Assembly: GCA_964429215.1 (NCBI GenBank)
Contig: CAYSAY010000001.1
Span: 182,127 to 246,126 of the forward strand
Direction of reading: 5' to 3'
Length of the DNA stretch: 64,000 nt
Source: an uncultured Gammaproteobacteria bacterium
GTDB lineage: Bacteria; Patescibacteriota; Microgenomatia; UBA8517
Part shown: positions 28,079 to 37,320 of the stretch, piece by piece
Layout of the letters: the number at the start of each line of letters is the position of its first letter
How positions within the stretch are numbered: position 1 is the first letter of the stretch
Position numbers and translations under genes: made by a program
The notes under the pieces: model-generated
The model's database searches: none
Told to the model about the DNA's origin: nothing
Seen by the model: the letters and a program-made list of their open reading frames with translations, nothing else

Positions 28079-29067
28079 ATTACCCTGAATCGCAATTAAT
28101 TTTAGAGGAAATTAAAAAGGCAAATAAGATTTTACTTAATTGCCATAGATCTCCTGACCCTGATAGTGTGGGTAGTGCGCTTTCAATTTATCATTTACTT
28201 CAGTTGCTTGGCAAAGAAAATATAAAAATTATTTGTCCTGATGAAATTCCGTATAATTGTAAATTTTTAGATTACTCTGAAAAAATTGAAAAAGTGAATT
28301 TTAACGAATTTGATTTTTCTCAATATGATTTATTTATAATTGCTGATTCTGGTAATTGGGATCAAGTTACGGGTAAAGACAATATTATAAATTCAAATAC
28401 TAAAAAGATAGTAATTGATCATCACTTTACTAATCCAAAATTTGGAGATATTAATATTTTAGATACAAATGCAGGTTCTACTGCTGAAGTTGTGGCTAAA
28501 TTTATAGAAGATATCAATTTAAAAATTGACAAAGTTTTGGCTACATCATTATTAACAGGCGTTATTGCAGATACATTATCATTTCAGACTGATGTAATTG
28601 GCGAATCGTCATTAACTATAGCCGATAGATTAATTAAAGTAGGTGCAGACAGAAACAATATCATTTTTAATTTAAATAAATCAAAATCTTTAGACGAAAT
28701 TCATTTGATAGGATATTTGCTGTCACATGTTAATGTCGAATTGGAATATAAATTCGCATGGTCTTCTGTTTCAAAAGATATATCCAGAGAGTATCCAATG
28801 AGTAAAGAAGCTAAATCTACAGTTGCAGGGTCATTTATACCTGCAATTCAGGATACAGATTTTGGTTTCGTACTTGAGGAAAGTGAGAAATATATTTCAG
28901 TGAGTTTTAGATCTAGAAATAATTTTGACGTTTCAAAAATAGCTGTGGAACTTGGCGGAGGAGGGCATAAGTCGGCTGCTGCTGCAAGAATTCCAAACTC
29001 AACTTATGAAGAGGCTGTAGAGAAAGTTTTAACAGCATGTAGAAAATATGCTAACAAAAATATTTAA
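28075..29067 (+). CDS. nrnA: DHH/DHHA1 phosphoesterase (NrnA-like oligoribonuclease / pAp phosphatase)
   Basis: HRSPDPDSVGSA, DHH and GGGGH(K) motifs. Confidence 0.75.
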   Translation: MNYPESQLILEEIKKANKILLNCHRSPDPDSVGSALSIYHLLQLLGKENIKIICPDEIPYNCKFLDYSEKIEKVNFNEFDFSQYDLFIIADSGNWDQVTGKDNIINSNTKKIVIDHHFTNPKFGDINILDTNAGSTAEVVAKFIEDINLKIDKVLATSLLTGVIADTLSFQTDVIGESSLTIADRLIKVGADRNNIIFNLNKSKSLDEIHLIGYLLSHVNVELEYKFAWSSVSKDISREYPMSKEAKSTVAGSFIPAIQDTDFGFVLEESEKYISVSFRSRNNFDVSKIAVELGGGGHKSAAAARIPNSTYEEAVEKVLTACRKYANKNI

Positions 29068-30420
29068 ATCGTTTTACACTCCTTGGAACTTGTTGATTTT
29101 AATAATTTTACTTTTTGCATTTATACTTAGAATTTATAGAATTGAATCACTTTTAGATTTTCATTACGACCAAGGAAGGGACGCCAAAATTATTTGGGAT
29201 TTATGGCATTCACAGAAATTATTTTTGATAGGTCCAACAACAGGACTTGAAGGAATATTTTTGGGTCCATTTTATTATTATTTAATTGCTCCGTTTTATT
29301 TAATTGGTGGAGGTAATCCTACTATTCCTTCAATGTTTTTATCATTACTCTATACCATAGCTTTATATATACTTTATTTGACAGGATTCAAAATTCAGGG
29401 TCGGTTTACAGGTTTTGTTGCACTTGTTGTAGGAGCTTTTTCAAACAACTTGGTTTTTTCAAGTAGGTGGCTATCAAACCCTACTCCAATTTTTTTAACT
29501 TCAATTATAATTTTCTATTTAATGGTATTAATTATTAAAAAGGAAAAGCCTATTTACTGGATTTTGGTTTATTTGGCAGTTGGTGTTTCATTACAACTTG
29601 AATTGGCAAGCGCAGTATTTTATCTACCAATATTGGCTATTTTTACGATTTGGCAGTTACGAAAAATTAATATCAAAATTTTTTTATTAGCTTGTGTGAT
29701 ATTTTTTGTAACTTTAATTCCTCAAATATTATTTAATTTTAAGCATCAGAATATATTACTTAATAATATTATTAATGAAGTCAAAAATGGAAAATCAGTT
29801 CAGATTAACTATGTTGATAGGATTGGAAATCTATGGAAAATAACAAAAGAGATATTTTAATACTTATATCATTATTTTTAGGTGTACCATTTGTTGGATT
29901 TACTTTATATTCTGGCAATAATGGTAATTTGTATGGTTACTATTTGACAGGATATTTTTTAATAATTATTTTGGCATTTTCATACTTAGCTTCGTATATA
30001 TGGAAATTTAAAATAGGAAAGATTTTAGTTATATTATTTTTATTTTTGTTTTTAAAAAATAATTTAGCAAAAACAATAAATAAATTAAATGTTGATGTAT
30101 TAGAATCTAAAGAGATCGTTTTGCAAAATCAGTTGATAGCAATTAATTGGATAAGAGAGGATGCTGGATTGGATAAATATAATATAGATATCTATGTTCC
30201 ACCTGTAATTCCGCATTCGTACAATTATTTGTTATTGTGGAATAATATAGTTCAAGAAGAAAAGGAAACAACTATTTTATACACTTTATATGAAGATGAT
30301 CCGCCTCATCCTGAAAGATTGAATGCATGGTTGGAACGTCAGAAAAAAATTGGTAAAATTCTTTATGAAGAAAGGTTTGGAGGTATAGTGGTGCAAAGAA
30401 GAGAGAGGATTAAAAAATGA
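29048..30420 (+). pseudogene. GT-C membrane glycosyltransferase paralog split into two frames (29048-29860 and 29833-30420): frameshift or sequencing error
   Basis: The N-terminal piece has HYDQGRDAKII...GPFYYYL, homologous to neighbouring GT-C genes. The second ORF continues the membrane domain in another frame. Combined length matches the intact paralogs. Confidence 0.45.
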
Positions 30421-31892
30421 AAAAGAATATAAAAGTTATCTTGTGGGCAATATTGATTGTATCGTTTTTTTTGCGTGTTTATAATTTTAAATCTTATTAT
30501 ATATTTTCTCATGATCAGGATTTGGCTTCATGGATTATTAAAGACATTGTTGTTAATGGACATCAAAGGCTTATAGGTCAAGAAACTTCAAGTCAAGGAG
30601 TTTTTATTGGATCTTTATTTTATTATATGCAGATTCCTTTTTACTGGATGTCTGGTATGAATCCATTAGGTGCTGTCTTTTTGTCGATTATTTTAGGTGT
30701 ATTTGCAACGTACAGTATCTTTTATGTGTTAAGCAAGATAAACAACGAGAAAGTTGGTTTAATTGGCGCATTTATTTACGCGGTGTCAGCTTTAATTGTT
30801 TTTACTGATAGGGAAGTGGCACCTACTATGCCAGTTGTTTTATGGACAGTGTGGTACCTTTATAGTTTGTTTTTGGTATATCAAAACAAATATATGAAAG
30901 GATTTATGTTGTGGGGATTACTAATTGGTTTGGTGTGGCATTTAAATTTAGCTTTAATAATCCTAGCACCTTTGTTGCTTATTGCCTTTTTATTTTCAAA
31001 ACGAAAAATTGATATTAAAGCAATTGTTGTAGGTCTTGTAGTTTTATTTGTAACTAGTTCTCCATTTATATTATTTGAAATACGTCATAATTTTAGTCAA
31101 ACAAAATCTGTAATATTATCATTAACTACTGATAAAGATCTTCGAGTTACTAATACTAAAGGCTATGCGAAGTTTGATCGTGTAATGCAAATTGTTAATA
31201 AAAATTCAATTGGTATTTTTTCAAAATCAAATTTCATTAGGCCTAGTATTGTAACTTTTGGATTATTACTTTTGTTGATTTACTTTATAAAAAGTAAAAA
31301 AATTAATGGTTTTTTTGGTTTGACTTATTTAATGTGGATATTTTTATATCTTTTCTTTTTTACTCTTAACTCACTAAACGTCTCTGAATATTATTTCAAT
31401 GGAATGAACATTATTTGGATAATTGTATCATCAGTTGCAGCTTCTCAGCTTTTAGAACGAAGAAATGGGAAAATAATCTTTTATATCTTGGGGGTATTGT
31501 TTGTGATAACAAATTTTAATTTTATTTTTAACTTTAATACAGATAAAAAAGGATATGTAGAAAAAATGAATTTAGTTAAATTTATAAATGAAAATCGTAA
31601 GGAACAAGGTTACCCTTGTATATCAATTTCTTATATTACAAAGCCTGGTTATGAATTGGGTTATAGACAATTATTCTGGTTAAATGATATGCATGTTAAT
31701 AATCCAAGTTCAAATTCTCCTGTGTACACCATTGTTTACCCACATAGTTTAGTGGATAAGATTGATGTAAGCTTTGGGTCGTTGGGTCTTATTTATCCTG
31801 ACTTCAAGAGATATAATAAGAATGAAGTTGAGGAAAGCTGTAAAGGTGATAACTCGAATTTAACCGATCCAATGTTTGGATATGTAGAGTAA
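30417..31892 (+). CDS. ArnT/PMT-like GT-C membrane glycosyltransferase paralog
   Basis: SHDQDLASWII...GSLFYYM loop motif; about 12 TM helices. Confidence 0.6.
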   Translation: MKKNIKVILWAILIVSFFLRVYNFKSYYIFSHDQDLASWIIKDIVVNGHQRLIGQETSSQGVFIGSLFYYMQIPFYWMSGMNPLGAVFLSIILGVFATYSIFYVLSKINNEKVGLIGAFIYAVSALIVFTDREVAPTMPVVLWTVWYLYSLFLVYQNKYMKGFMLWGLLIGLVWHLNLALIILAPLLLIAFLFSKRKIDIKAIVVGLVVLFVTSSPFILFEIRHNFSQTKSVILSLTTDKDLRVTNTKGYAKFDRVMQIVNKNSIGIFSKSNFIRPSIVTFGLLLLLIYFIKSKKINGFFGLTYLMWIFLYLFFFTLNSLNVSEYYFNGMNIIWIIVSSVAASQLLERRNGKIIFYILGVLFVITNFNFIFNFNTDKKGYVEKMNLVKFINENRKEQGYPCISISYITKPGYELGYRQLFWLNDMHVNNPSSNSPVYTIVYPHSLVDKIDVSFGSLGLIYPDFKRYNKNEVEESCKGDNSNLTDPMFGYVE

Positions 31893-31906
31893 AAAAACAA
31901 AATAAT

Positions 31907-32644
31907 ATGAAGATCTCAATTGTAATACCATCATATAACGAAGAGAATAATATCCGTACAGGAGCACTTTCCGGAATGGTTGATTATTTAAATGATCAGA
32001 AATATAAATGGGAAATTATTGTAGTTGATGATGGATCAACAGACAAAACTGCAGAACTTGTAGAAAAATTTGCAGCATCACACAAAGGAGTTACAATTTT
32101 AAAAGAACCTCATAGAGGTAAAGGAGGAACAGTTATAGCCGGAATGCTTAAGGCTACAGGCGATATTGTGATTTTTGATGATATGGATCAAGCAACACCG
32201 ATAGATCAATTAGAAAAGATTTTACCTAAATTTAAAAATGGATTTGATATAGTAATAGGTTCTCGTGCTGGTCGTGAAGGAGCTCCCTTAATAAGAAAGA
32301 CAATGGCCTTGGGCTTTTCATTACTTCGAAATTTAGTTTTACAACTACCATATAAAGATACTCAGTGTGGGTTTAAAGCATTTACAAAGGATGCTTCTAC
32401 TAAAATTTTTAAGAAATTACAGATTTTTAACAACAAACAGGCTCAGTCTGGTGCTTCAGTTTCCGCTGGATTTGATTTAGAAATTTTATATGTCGCGAGA
32501 AAACTTAAATTAAAAGTATCGGAAGTTCCTGTCGTTTGGCATCATAAAGAGGGAACTAAAGTTAATCCAATTAAGGATTCTTGGGAGGGACTTCGTGATT
32601 TGTTAAAGGTAAGAGTTAATGCAATTATGGGAAAATATAAATAG
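31907..32644 (+). CDS. Polyprenol-phosphate sugar synthase (DPM1/GtrB-like GT2)
   Basis: MKISIVIPSYNEENNI...IIVVDDGSTDKT...FDDMDQ. Confidence 0.7.
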   Translation: MKISIVIPSYNEENNIRTGALSGMVDYLNDQKYKWEIIVVDDGSTDKTAELVEKFAASHKGVTILKEPHRGKGGTVIAGMLKATGDIVIFDDMDQATPIDQLEKILPKFKNGFDIVIGSRAGREGAPLIRKTMALGFSLLRNLVLQLPYKDTQCGFKAFTKDASTKIFKKLQIFNNKQAQSGASVSAGFDLEILYVARKLKLKVSEVPVVWHHKEGTKVNPIKDSWEGLRDLLKVRVNAIMGKYK

Positions 32645-32661
32645 TTGTATTTTTAAAATAA

Positions 32662-34044
32662 ATGATACATATATTTAGTAAATATAAAGAATTTATTTTT
32701 TTAATATTTATATTATTGGTTGGATTGTATCTACGAGTTTATGATATCCATGTTCGTACTTCATTTGATGCAGATCAAGAATGGTTGGCTTTCAGAGCAA
32801 AAGAATTATCTAAAGGTGATCTGCCACTATTAGGACCTGTGACATCGATAGGAAGCTTTTCAATAGGTCCTGGATATGTTTACTTATTATCGTTTGCTGG
32901 AATATTTACATCAAATTCTCCAATAACTGGTGTATATTTGTCTATAACTTTAGGTATTGTTACTTTAATTGGATTTTTTCTGTTTATATATAATTTTGTT
33001 GACAAGAAAACTTCTTACATTGTATTGTTTTTGTTAGCAATCTCGTCCAGGTTTATTTTTTGGGATCAATTGCCATGGGCTCCATCTTTATTTCTTATAT
33101 CCCAAATAATTCTATTGTCAGGAGCTTATTTATCTAACAAAAATAAATGGGGTTATCCTTTGATGTCTTTAGGATTGGCGTCTGGTTTTCAATCACATTT
33201 TGGAATATTTTTAAGCTTGTTATCAATTTTGATTTATTTGATCATGGTAAAACCAGTCAAATTAAATTTAAAGATGTTTGTATTATCTGCTGCAATTATT
33301 ATTGTAGGGTTTTTGCCTAATTTTGTGTTTGATATTACTCACAATTTTACAAATGTTAAAAAACTAGTCAATGTATTGCAGGATAATGGTGTAGAGTATT
33401 TTGTTAGTTTTAATAAAATAATAAATGTCTTGAGTGCAAATACAATATCTGCAATTTATCCTAGGGATGCAAGTTTTGTAGATAAAATTTTGACTAAAAG
33501 CTTGTTTGCATTAGTTTTGGTCAATACTATAAGTTTATTGAGAGATAAGAAATATAAGAATATGGCACTGCTATTGCTGGCTACTGCAATAATCCCTGCT
33601 GTAGTTTTTTTCATTCAACAAGGTAAGTTTTCCGAATATTATCTTGTAATGACTGTCCCATCTTTAATTGTGATGATGTCTTTATTAATTAAAAAAGTAG
33701 TTAACAAAAAAGTAATTTTAGCGATCATGCTTGTCACGGCAATTTCACTTAATATACCTGAAATTAAAAATAAATACGTAATATGGAATTTAAAGGCAAA
33801 GGAGGATGTTGCAAAGGAAATGATTAGGTTAGCTGGTGTTGATGATTATGGAATATCTTTAACAACTAGTTTGGGTAATAATTTTGGATTTAAATATGTA
33901 TTGGATTACTATGGAATTAAGGCCAAGTTGCCTCCTGAAAAAGGGGAAACAAGAATATTTTCAATTATAATTCCAGAAGGATTTGATGGAATGGTAGGAA
34001 TGAAAGACTATAGTGGCATCGGGCTTCGCTGGTCAGGAATATAA
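32662..34044 (+). CDS. ArnT/PMT-like GT-C membrane glycosyltransferase paralog
   Basis: FDADQEWLAF...GPGYVYL loop motif; polytopic. Confidence 0.6.
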   Translation: MIHIFSKYKEFIFLIFILLVGLYLRVYDIHVRTSFDADQEWLAFRAKELSKGDLPLLGPVTSIGSFSIGPGYVYLLSFAGIFTSNSPITGVYLSITLGIVTLIGFFLFIYNFVDKKTSYIVLFLLAISSRFIFWDQLPWAPSLFLISQIILLSGAYLSNKNKWGYPLMSLGLASGFQSHFGIFLSLLSILIYLIMVKPVKLNLKMFVLSAAIIIVGFLPNFVFDITHNFTNVKKLVNVLQDNGVEYFVSFNKIINVLSANTISAIYPRDASFVDKILTKSLFALVLVNTISLLRDKKYKNMALLLLATAIIPAVVFFIQQGKFSEYYLVMTVPSLIVMMSLLIKKVVNKKVILAIMLVTAISLNIPEIKNKYVIWNLKAKEDVAKEMIRLAGVDDYGISLTTSLGNNFGFKYVLDYYGIKAKLPPEKGETRIFSIIIPEGFDGMVGMKDYSGIGLRWSGI

Positions 34045-34074
34045 GGTTCTTGACTTGGGGAATGATTCGGTTTA

Positions 34075-34917
34075 TTGTTAATTGTGTCAACTGAAATTTC
34101 AAAAATAGTTTTGTTTAAAGATCAGAAAATTCGACGAGATTGGAACAAAAAAGAGGAGAAATGGTATTTTTCTGTAGTAGATGTGGTTTCCGCACTATCT
34201 TCAAGTCATAATCCTCAGGTTTATTGGAGAGTTTTAAAGAAAAGGTTGCTTGACGAAGGATCAAATGAAACCGTTACAAAATGTAACGGTTTAAAAATGA
34301 AAGCGTCAGATGGAAAAATGAGATTAACAGATGTTGCTGATACTGAAACAATATTAAGACTTATTCAATCAATTCCATCACCAAAAGCTGAACCGTTTAA
34401 ATTGTGGCTAGCAAGGGTTGGCTATGAAAGGATTGAAGAAACAGAAGATCCAGAAAAAGCAATTCAGAGAGCTTTATCTACATATCTTAAAAAAGGTTAC
34501 TCAAAATCGTGGGTAGATTTGAGACTTAAAAGTATCGAAATAAGAAAGGATCTCACAGATGAATGGGAAGAACGAGGCGTTAAAAAATCGAATGAATTTG
34601 CAATACTAACTGATGATATTACATTTGCTTGGGCTGGTTTAAGAACCAAAGATTATAAAAACTACAAAAGTTTAAAGAAAGAGAACTTAAGGGACAACAT
34701 GACCAATTTAGAGTTGGTTTTAAATATGCTTGCTGAAACAGCAACAACTGAAATATCAAAAACTAAAAAACCTGATACATTTCCTAAAAACAGAATTGTA
34801 GCTCGAGAGGGTGGAAATATTGCAGGAAAAGCCAGAGAAGAAATTGAAGCAAAATCAGGTAGAAAAGTAATTAGCAAATACCGTTTTGATCAAAAAAGTG
34901 ATAAATTACTAAAATAA
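34075..34917 (+). CDS. Bro-N domain protein (phage antirepressor / DNA-damage-inducible-like)
   Basis: KEEKWYFSVVDVVSAL...NPQVYWRVL and KAEPFKLWLARVGYERIEE resemble Bro-N domain motifs; Lys/Glu-rich C-terminus. The start is uncertain, possibly the GTG at 34084. Confidence 0.6.
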   Translation: MLIVSTEISKIVLFKDQKIRRDWNKKEEKWYFSVVDVVSALSSSHNPQVYWRVLKKRLLDEGSNETVTKCNGLKMKASDGKMRLTDVADTETILRLIQSIPSPKAEPFKLWLARVGYERIEETEDPEKAIQRALSTYLKKGYSKSWVDLRLKSIEIRKDLTDEWEERGVKKSNEFAILTDDITFAWAGLRTKDYKNYKSLKKENLRDNMTNLELVLNMLAETATTEISKTKKPDTFPKNRIVAREGGNIAGKAREEIEAKSGRKVISKYRFDQKSDKLLK

Positions 34918-34924
34918 TAAAAAA

Positions 34925-35659
34925 ATGAAAATAGCTGTTGTTACTGGAACAAGTTATGGATTAGGTAAAAGTATTGCGAAATTACTTTTGTCCAATGGCT
35001 ATAAAGTATATGGAATATCTAGGACAAAAACTGATATATCAAACTCAAACTTTGTATGGTTAAAGTGTAATTTATTAGAAAATGAAGATATTGAAAATAT
35101 TGCTACTCAAGTTTTTGAAGAAAGTATTGATTTATTGATAAATAATGCAGGCGTAGTATTTGCTGAGAATGGGTTAGGATTTACAAAAGAAGTTTTTGAT
35201 AAAACCTTTGGTGTTAATTTAATCGCCCCAGTAATGTTAACTATGGTTTTGAGGGACAAACTCGATAACAATTTGGTAATAAACATTTCATCGACCTCAG
35301 ATCGTTTTGCAGAAAGTGGACTTGCAATGTATTGTTCTTCAAAGTCTGCTGTTGAAATATATTTTGATGCAATTGCGATAGAAAATCCGCAAATTAAATT
35401 TATTAATATTTTACCTGTTTATATTGATACTCCAATGCTGGATAAAATTTCAAAAGACTTAAATTTTTCGACAAATGACGCAAATACACCAGAATTAGTG
35501 GCAGGTGGAGTGATTAATGTAATAAATAAAAAAATCCAATTTGATTCAGGAAGTAGGGTAATGATTTTGACAAATAAAAATATTGTTTCTGAAACAATAG
35601 ATTCAGAAAAACTTTGGTATTATAATATCGATACAAAGGAATTTAAGAAAATTAAATAG
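34925..35659 (+). CDS. Short-chain dehydrogenase/reductase (SDR)
   Basis: VVTGTSYGLGKSIA Rossmann motif, NNAG, and S...YxxSK catalytic region. Confidence 0.7.
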   Translation: MKIAVVTGTSYGLGKSIAKLLLSNGYKVYGISRTKTDISNSNFVWLKCNLLENEDIENIATQVFEESIDLLINNAGVVFAENGLGFTKEVFDKTFGVNLIAPVMLTMVLRDKLDNNLVINISSTSDRFAESGLAMYCSSKSAVEIYFDAIAIENPQIKFINILPVYIDTPMLDKISKDLNFSTNDANTPELVAGGVINVINKKIQFDSGSRVMILTNKNIVSETIDSEKLWYYNIDTKEFKKIK

Positions 35660-35726
35660 CGATAATACGATAAATAGGTCGGTATTAATATATTTATATA
35701 CAGTCAGAATTGATTAAAGTTGTAGG

Positions 35727-35772
35727 AAACAAGTTTGACATTTCATGATAAACAAGTTTGCCACTTCGTGGT
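35727..35772 (+). repeat. Two abutting 23-bp imperfect direct repeats (AAACAAGTTTGNCANTTCNTGNT) just upstream of the 35784 GT-C gene
   Basis: The repeats are separated by zero nucleotides. Together they contain TTGACA/TTGCCA and end in a TGgTAATAT extended -10-like element 9 nt before the ATG. Confidence 0.4.
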
Positions 35773-35783
35773 AATATTTATTC

Positions 35784-37307
35784 ATGAACTTCAAAAACAT
35801 ATTTAATGAATGGAAATGGACAATATTTGTATTGGTGTTGATTTTATTATTTAGCTTCGGCATTCGATATTATAATTTAACTATTCTTCCAGTTTTTGTA
35901 GATGAAGCAATTTATGTCAGGTGGTCACAAGTTATGGCAACGGAACCTACACTTCGGTTTCTTCCACTCTCTGACGGGAAGCAGCCTTTGTATATGTGGG
36001 TACTTATGTTTTTGATCAGTAAATTTAGTGATCCGTTATTTATAGGTCGACTGATATCAGTTTTTACAGGTTCTGCTACTTTGATCGGTGTATTTGTGTT
36101 TAGTTATTTATTGTTTAAATCTAAGAGGGTATCTATTTTTTCGGCAGCACTATATGGTTTATCACCATTTACAGTGTTTTTTGAAAGAATGGCTTTAGTT
36201 GATTCTACATTGTCTATGTTTGGAATTTGGACTGCAATATTTGGGTATTTAACTTCGAAATATAAACGTCTTGATTTGGCAATGATAACAGGTTTCATGT
36301 TAGGTTTTGCCTCACTTACAAAATCTCCTTCTCTTTTTATTGCCTTACTTATTCCATTGTTTTGGTTTTTAAATGGATGGAAGGGAATTTGGAAGCTTTC
36401 CGCTACTTACATAATTGCGTTTGCAATGTATAACATACAGAGACTTGGTCCAAATTTTGGTCAATTAAGTTCAAGGACTGCAGATTATGTTTTGCCAATC
36501 AATCATATATTTACAAATTTACTTGATCCATTGATTCCCCACCTTAAAGATTTTGTCGTTTGGCTGTTGTCCATGGGACCTGCTTCTTTGATAGTAATTA
36601 TATTAATTGGTATAGTCGTTGGTGTAAAAAAACACTTTAAAGAAACTTTTGTTCTATTAGTTTGGGGATTAGTACCTGTAATAATCCAAGCTGAATTAGG
36701 TATAACCTTTACAGCAAGATATATATTTTTTACATTGCCATATTTATTTATTTTGGCGGGTCTTTCCGTATTGGCTAAACATAAATTTTTAAGAATGGTC
36801 TCTTTCGTTTCTATATTGATCTTTGTTTTTCAGAGTTCTATTTTTATATTTTATTTATTAACAAATCCTGAAAAAGCCAATCTTCCGAGAGGTGAACGTT
36901 CAGGTTATTTAGAAGAATGGACTGCAGGTCAAGGTATTAAAGAAATATCACAGTATCTTCGTGTAGAAGAATCAAAAGAACCTGGTAAACAAATTGTTGT
37001 AGGTACTGAAGGATTTTTTGGAACGTTGCCTGATGGTCTTCAAATATATGTAAATGATTTACCAAACATAATTGTTAAAGGGGTTGGTGTTATAGTTGTT
37101 GAAACACCTCAAACACTTAAAGACGCCTTTAAATCTGGAAATAAAACTTATTTAGTTATGAATAAGTCAAGATATCGAGGAGACCCTGATAAAGAAGGGT
37201 TAAAATTGATTGCAAGGTATCCTAAAGGTCTACGATTAACTGATTCTGATCAGTACGCAAAACTTGGTCCACAAGAAGAACTCCTCTTTTTTGAACTTGT
37301 AAAATGA
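35784..37307 (+). CDS. ArnT/PMT-like GT-C membrane glycosyltransferase
   Basis: VFVDEAIYVRW loop-1 DE motif; about 12 TM helices; C-terminal soluble domain. Confidence 0.65.
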   Translation: MNFKNIFNEWKWTIFVLVLILLFSFGIRYYNLTILPVFVDEAIYVRWSQVMATEPTLRFLPLSDGKQPLYMWVLMFLISKFSDPLFIGRLISVFTGSATLIGVFVFSYLLFKSKRVSIFSAALYGLSPFTVFFERMALVDSTLSMFGIWTAIFGYLTSKYKRLDLAMITGFMLGFASLTKSPSLFIALLIPLFWFLNGWKGIWKLSATYIIAFAMYNIQRLGPNFGQLSSRTADYVLPINHIFTNLLDPLIPHLKDFVVWLLSMGPASLIVIILIGIVVGVKKHFKETFVLLVWGLVPVIIQAELGITFTARYIFFTLPYLFILAGLSVLAKHKFLRMVSFVSILIFVFQSSIFIFYLLTNPEKANLPRGERSGYLEEWTAGQGIKEISQYLRVEESKEPGKQIVVGTEGFFGTLPDGLQIYVNDLPNIIVKGVGVIVVETPQTLKDAFKSGNKTYLVMNKSRYRGDPDKEGLKLIARYPKGLRLTDSDQYAKLGPQEELLFFELVK

Positions 37308-37320
37308 TACAATTTAAACT

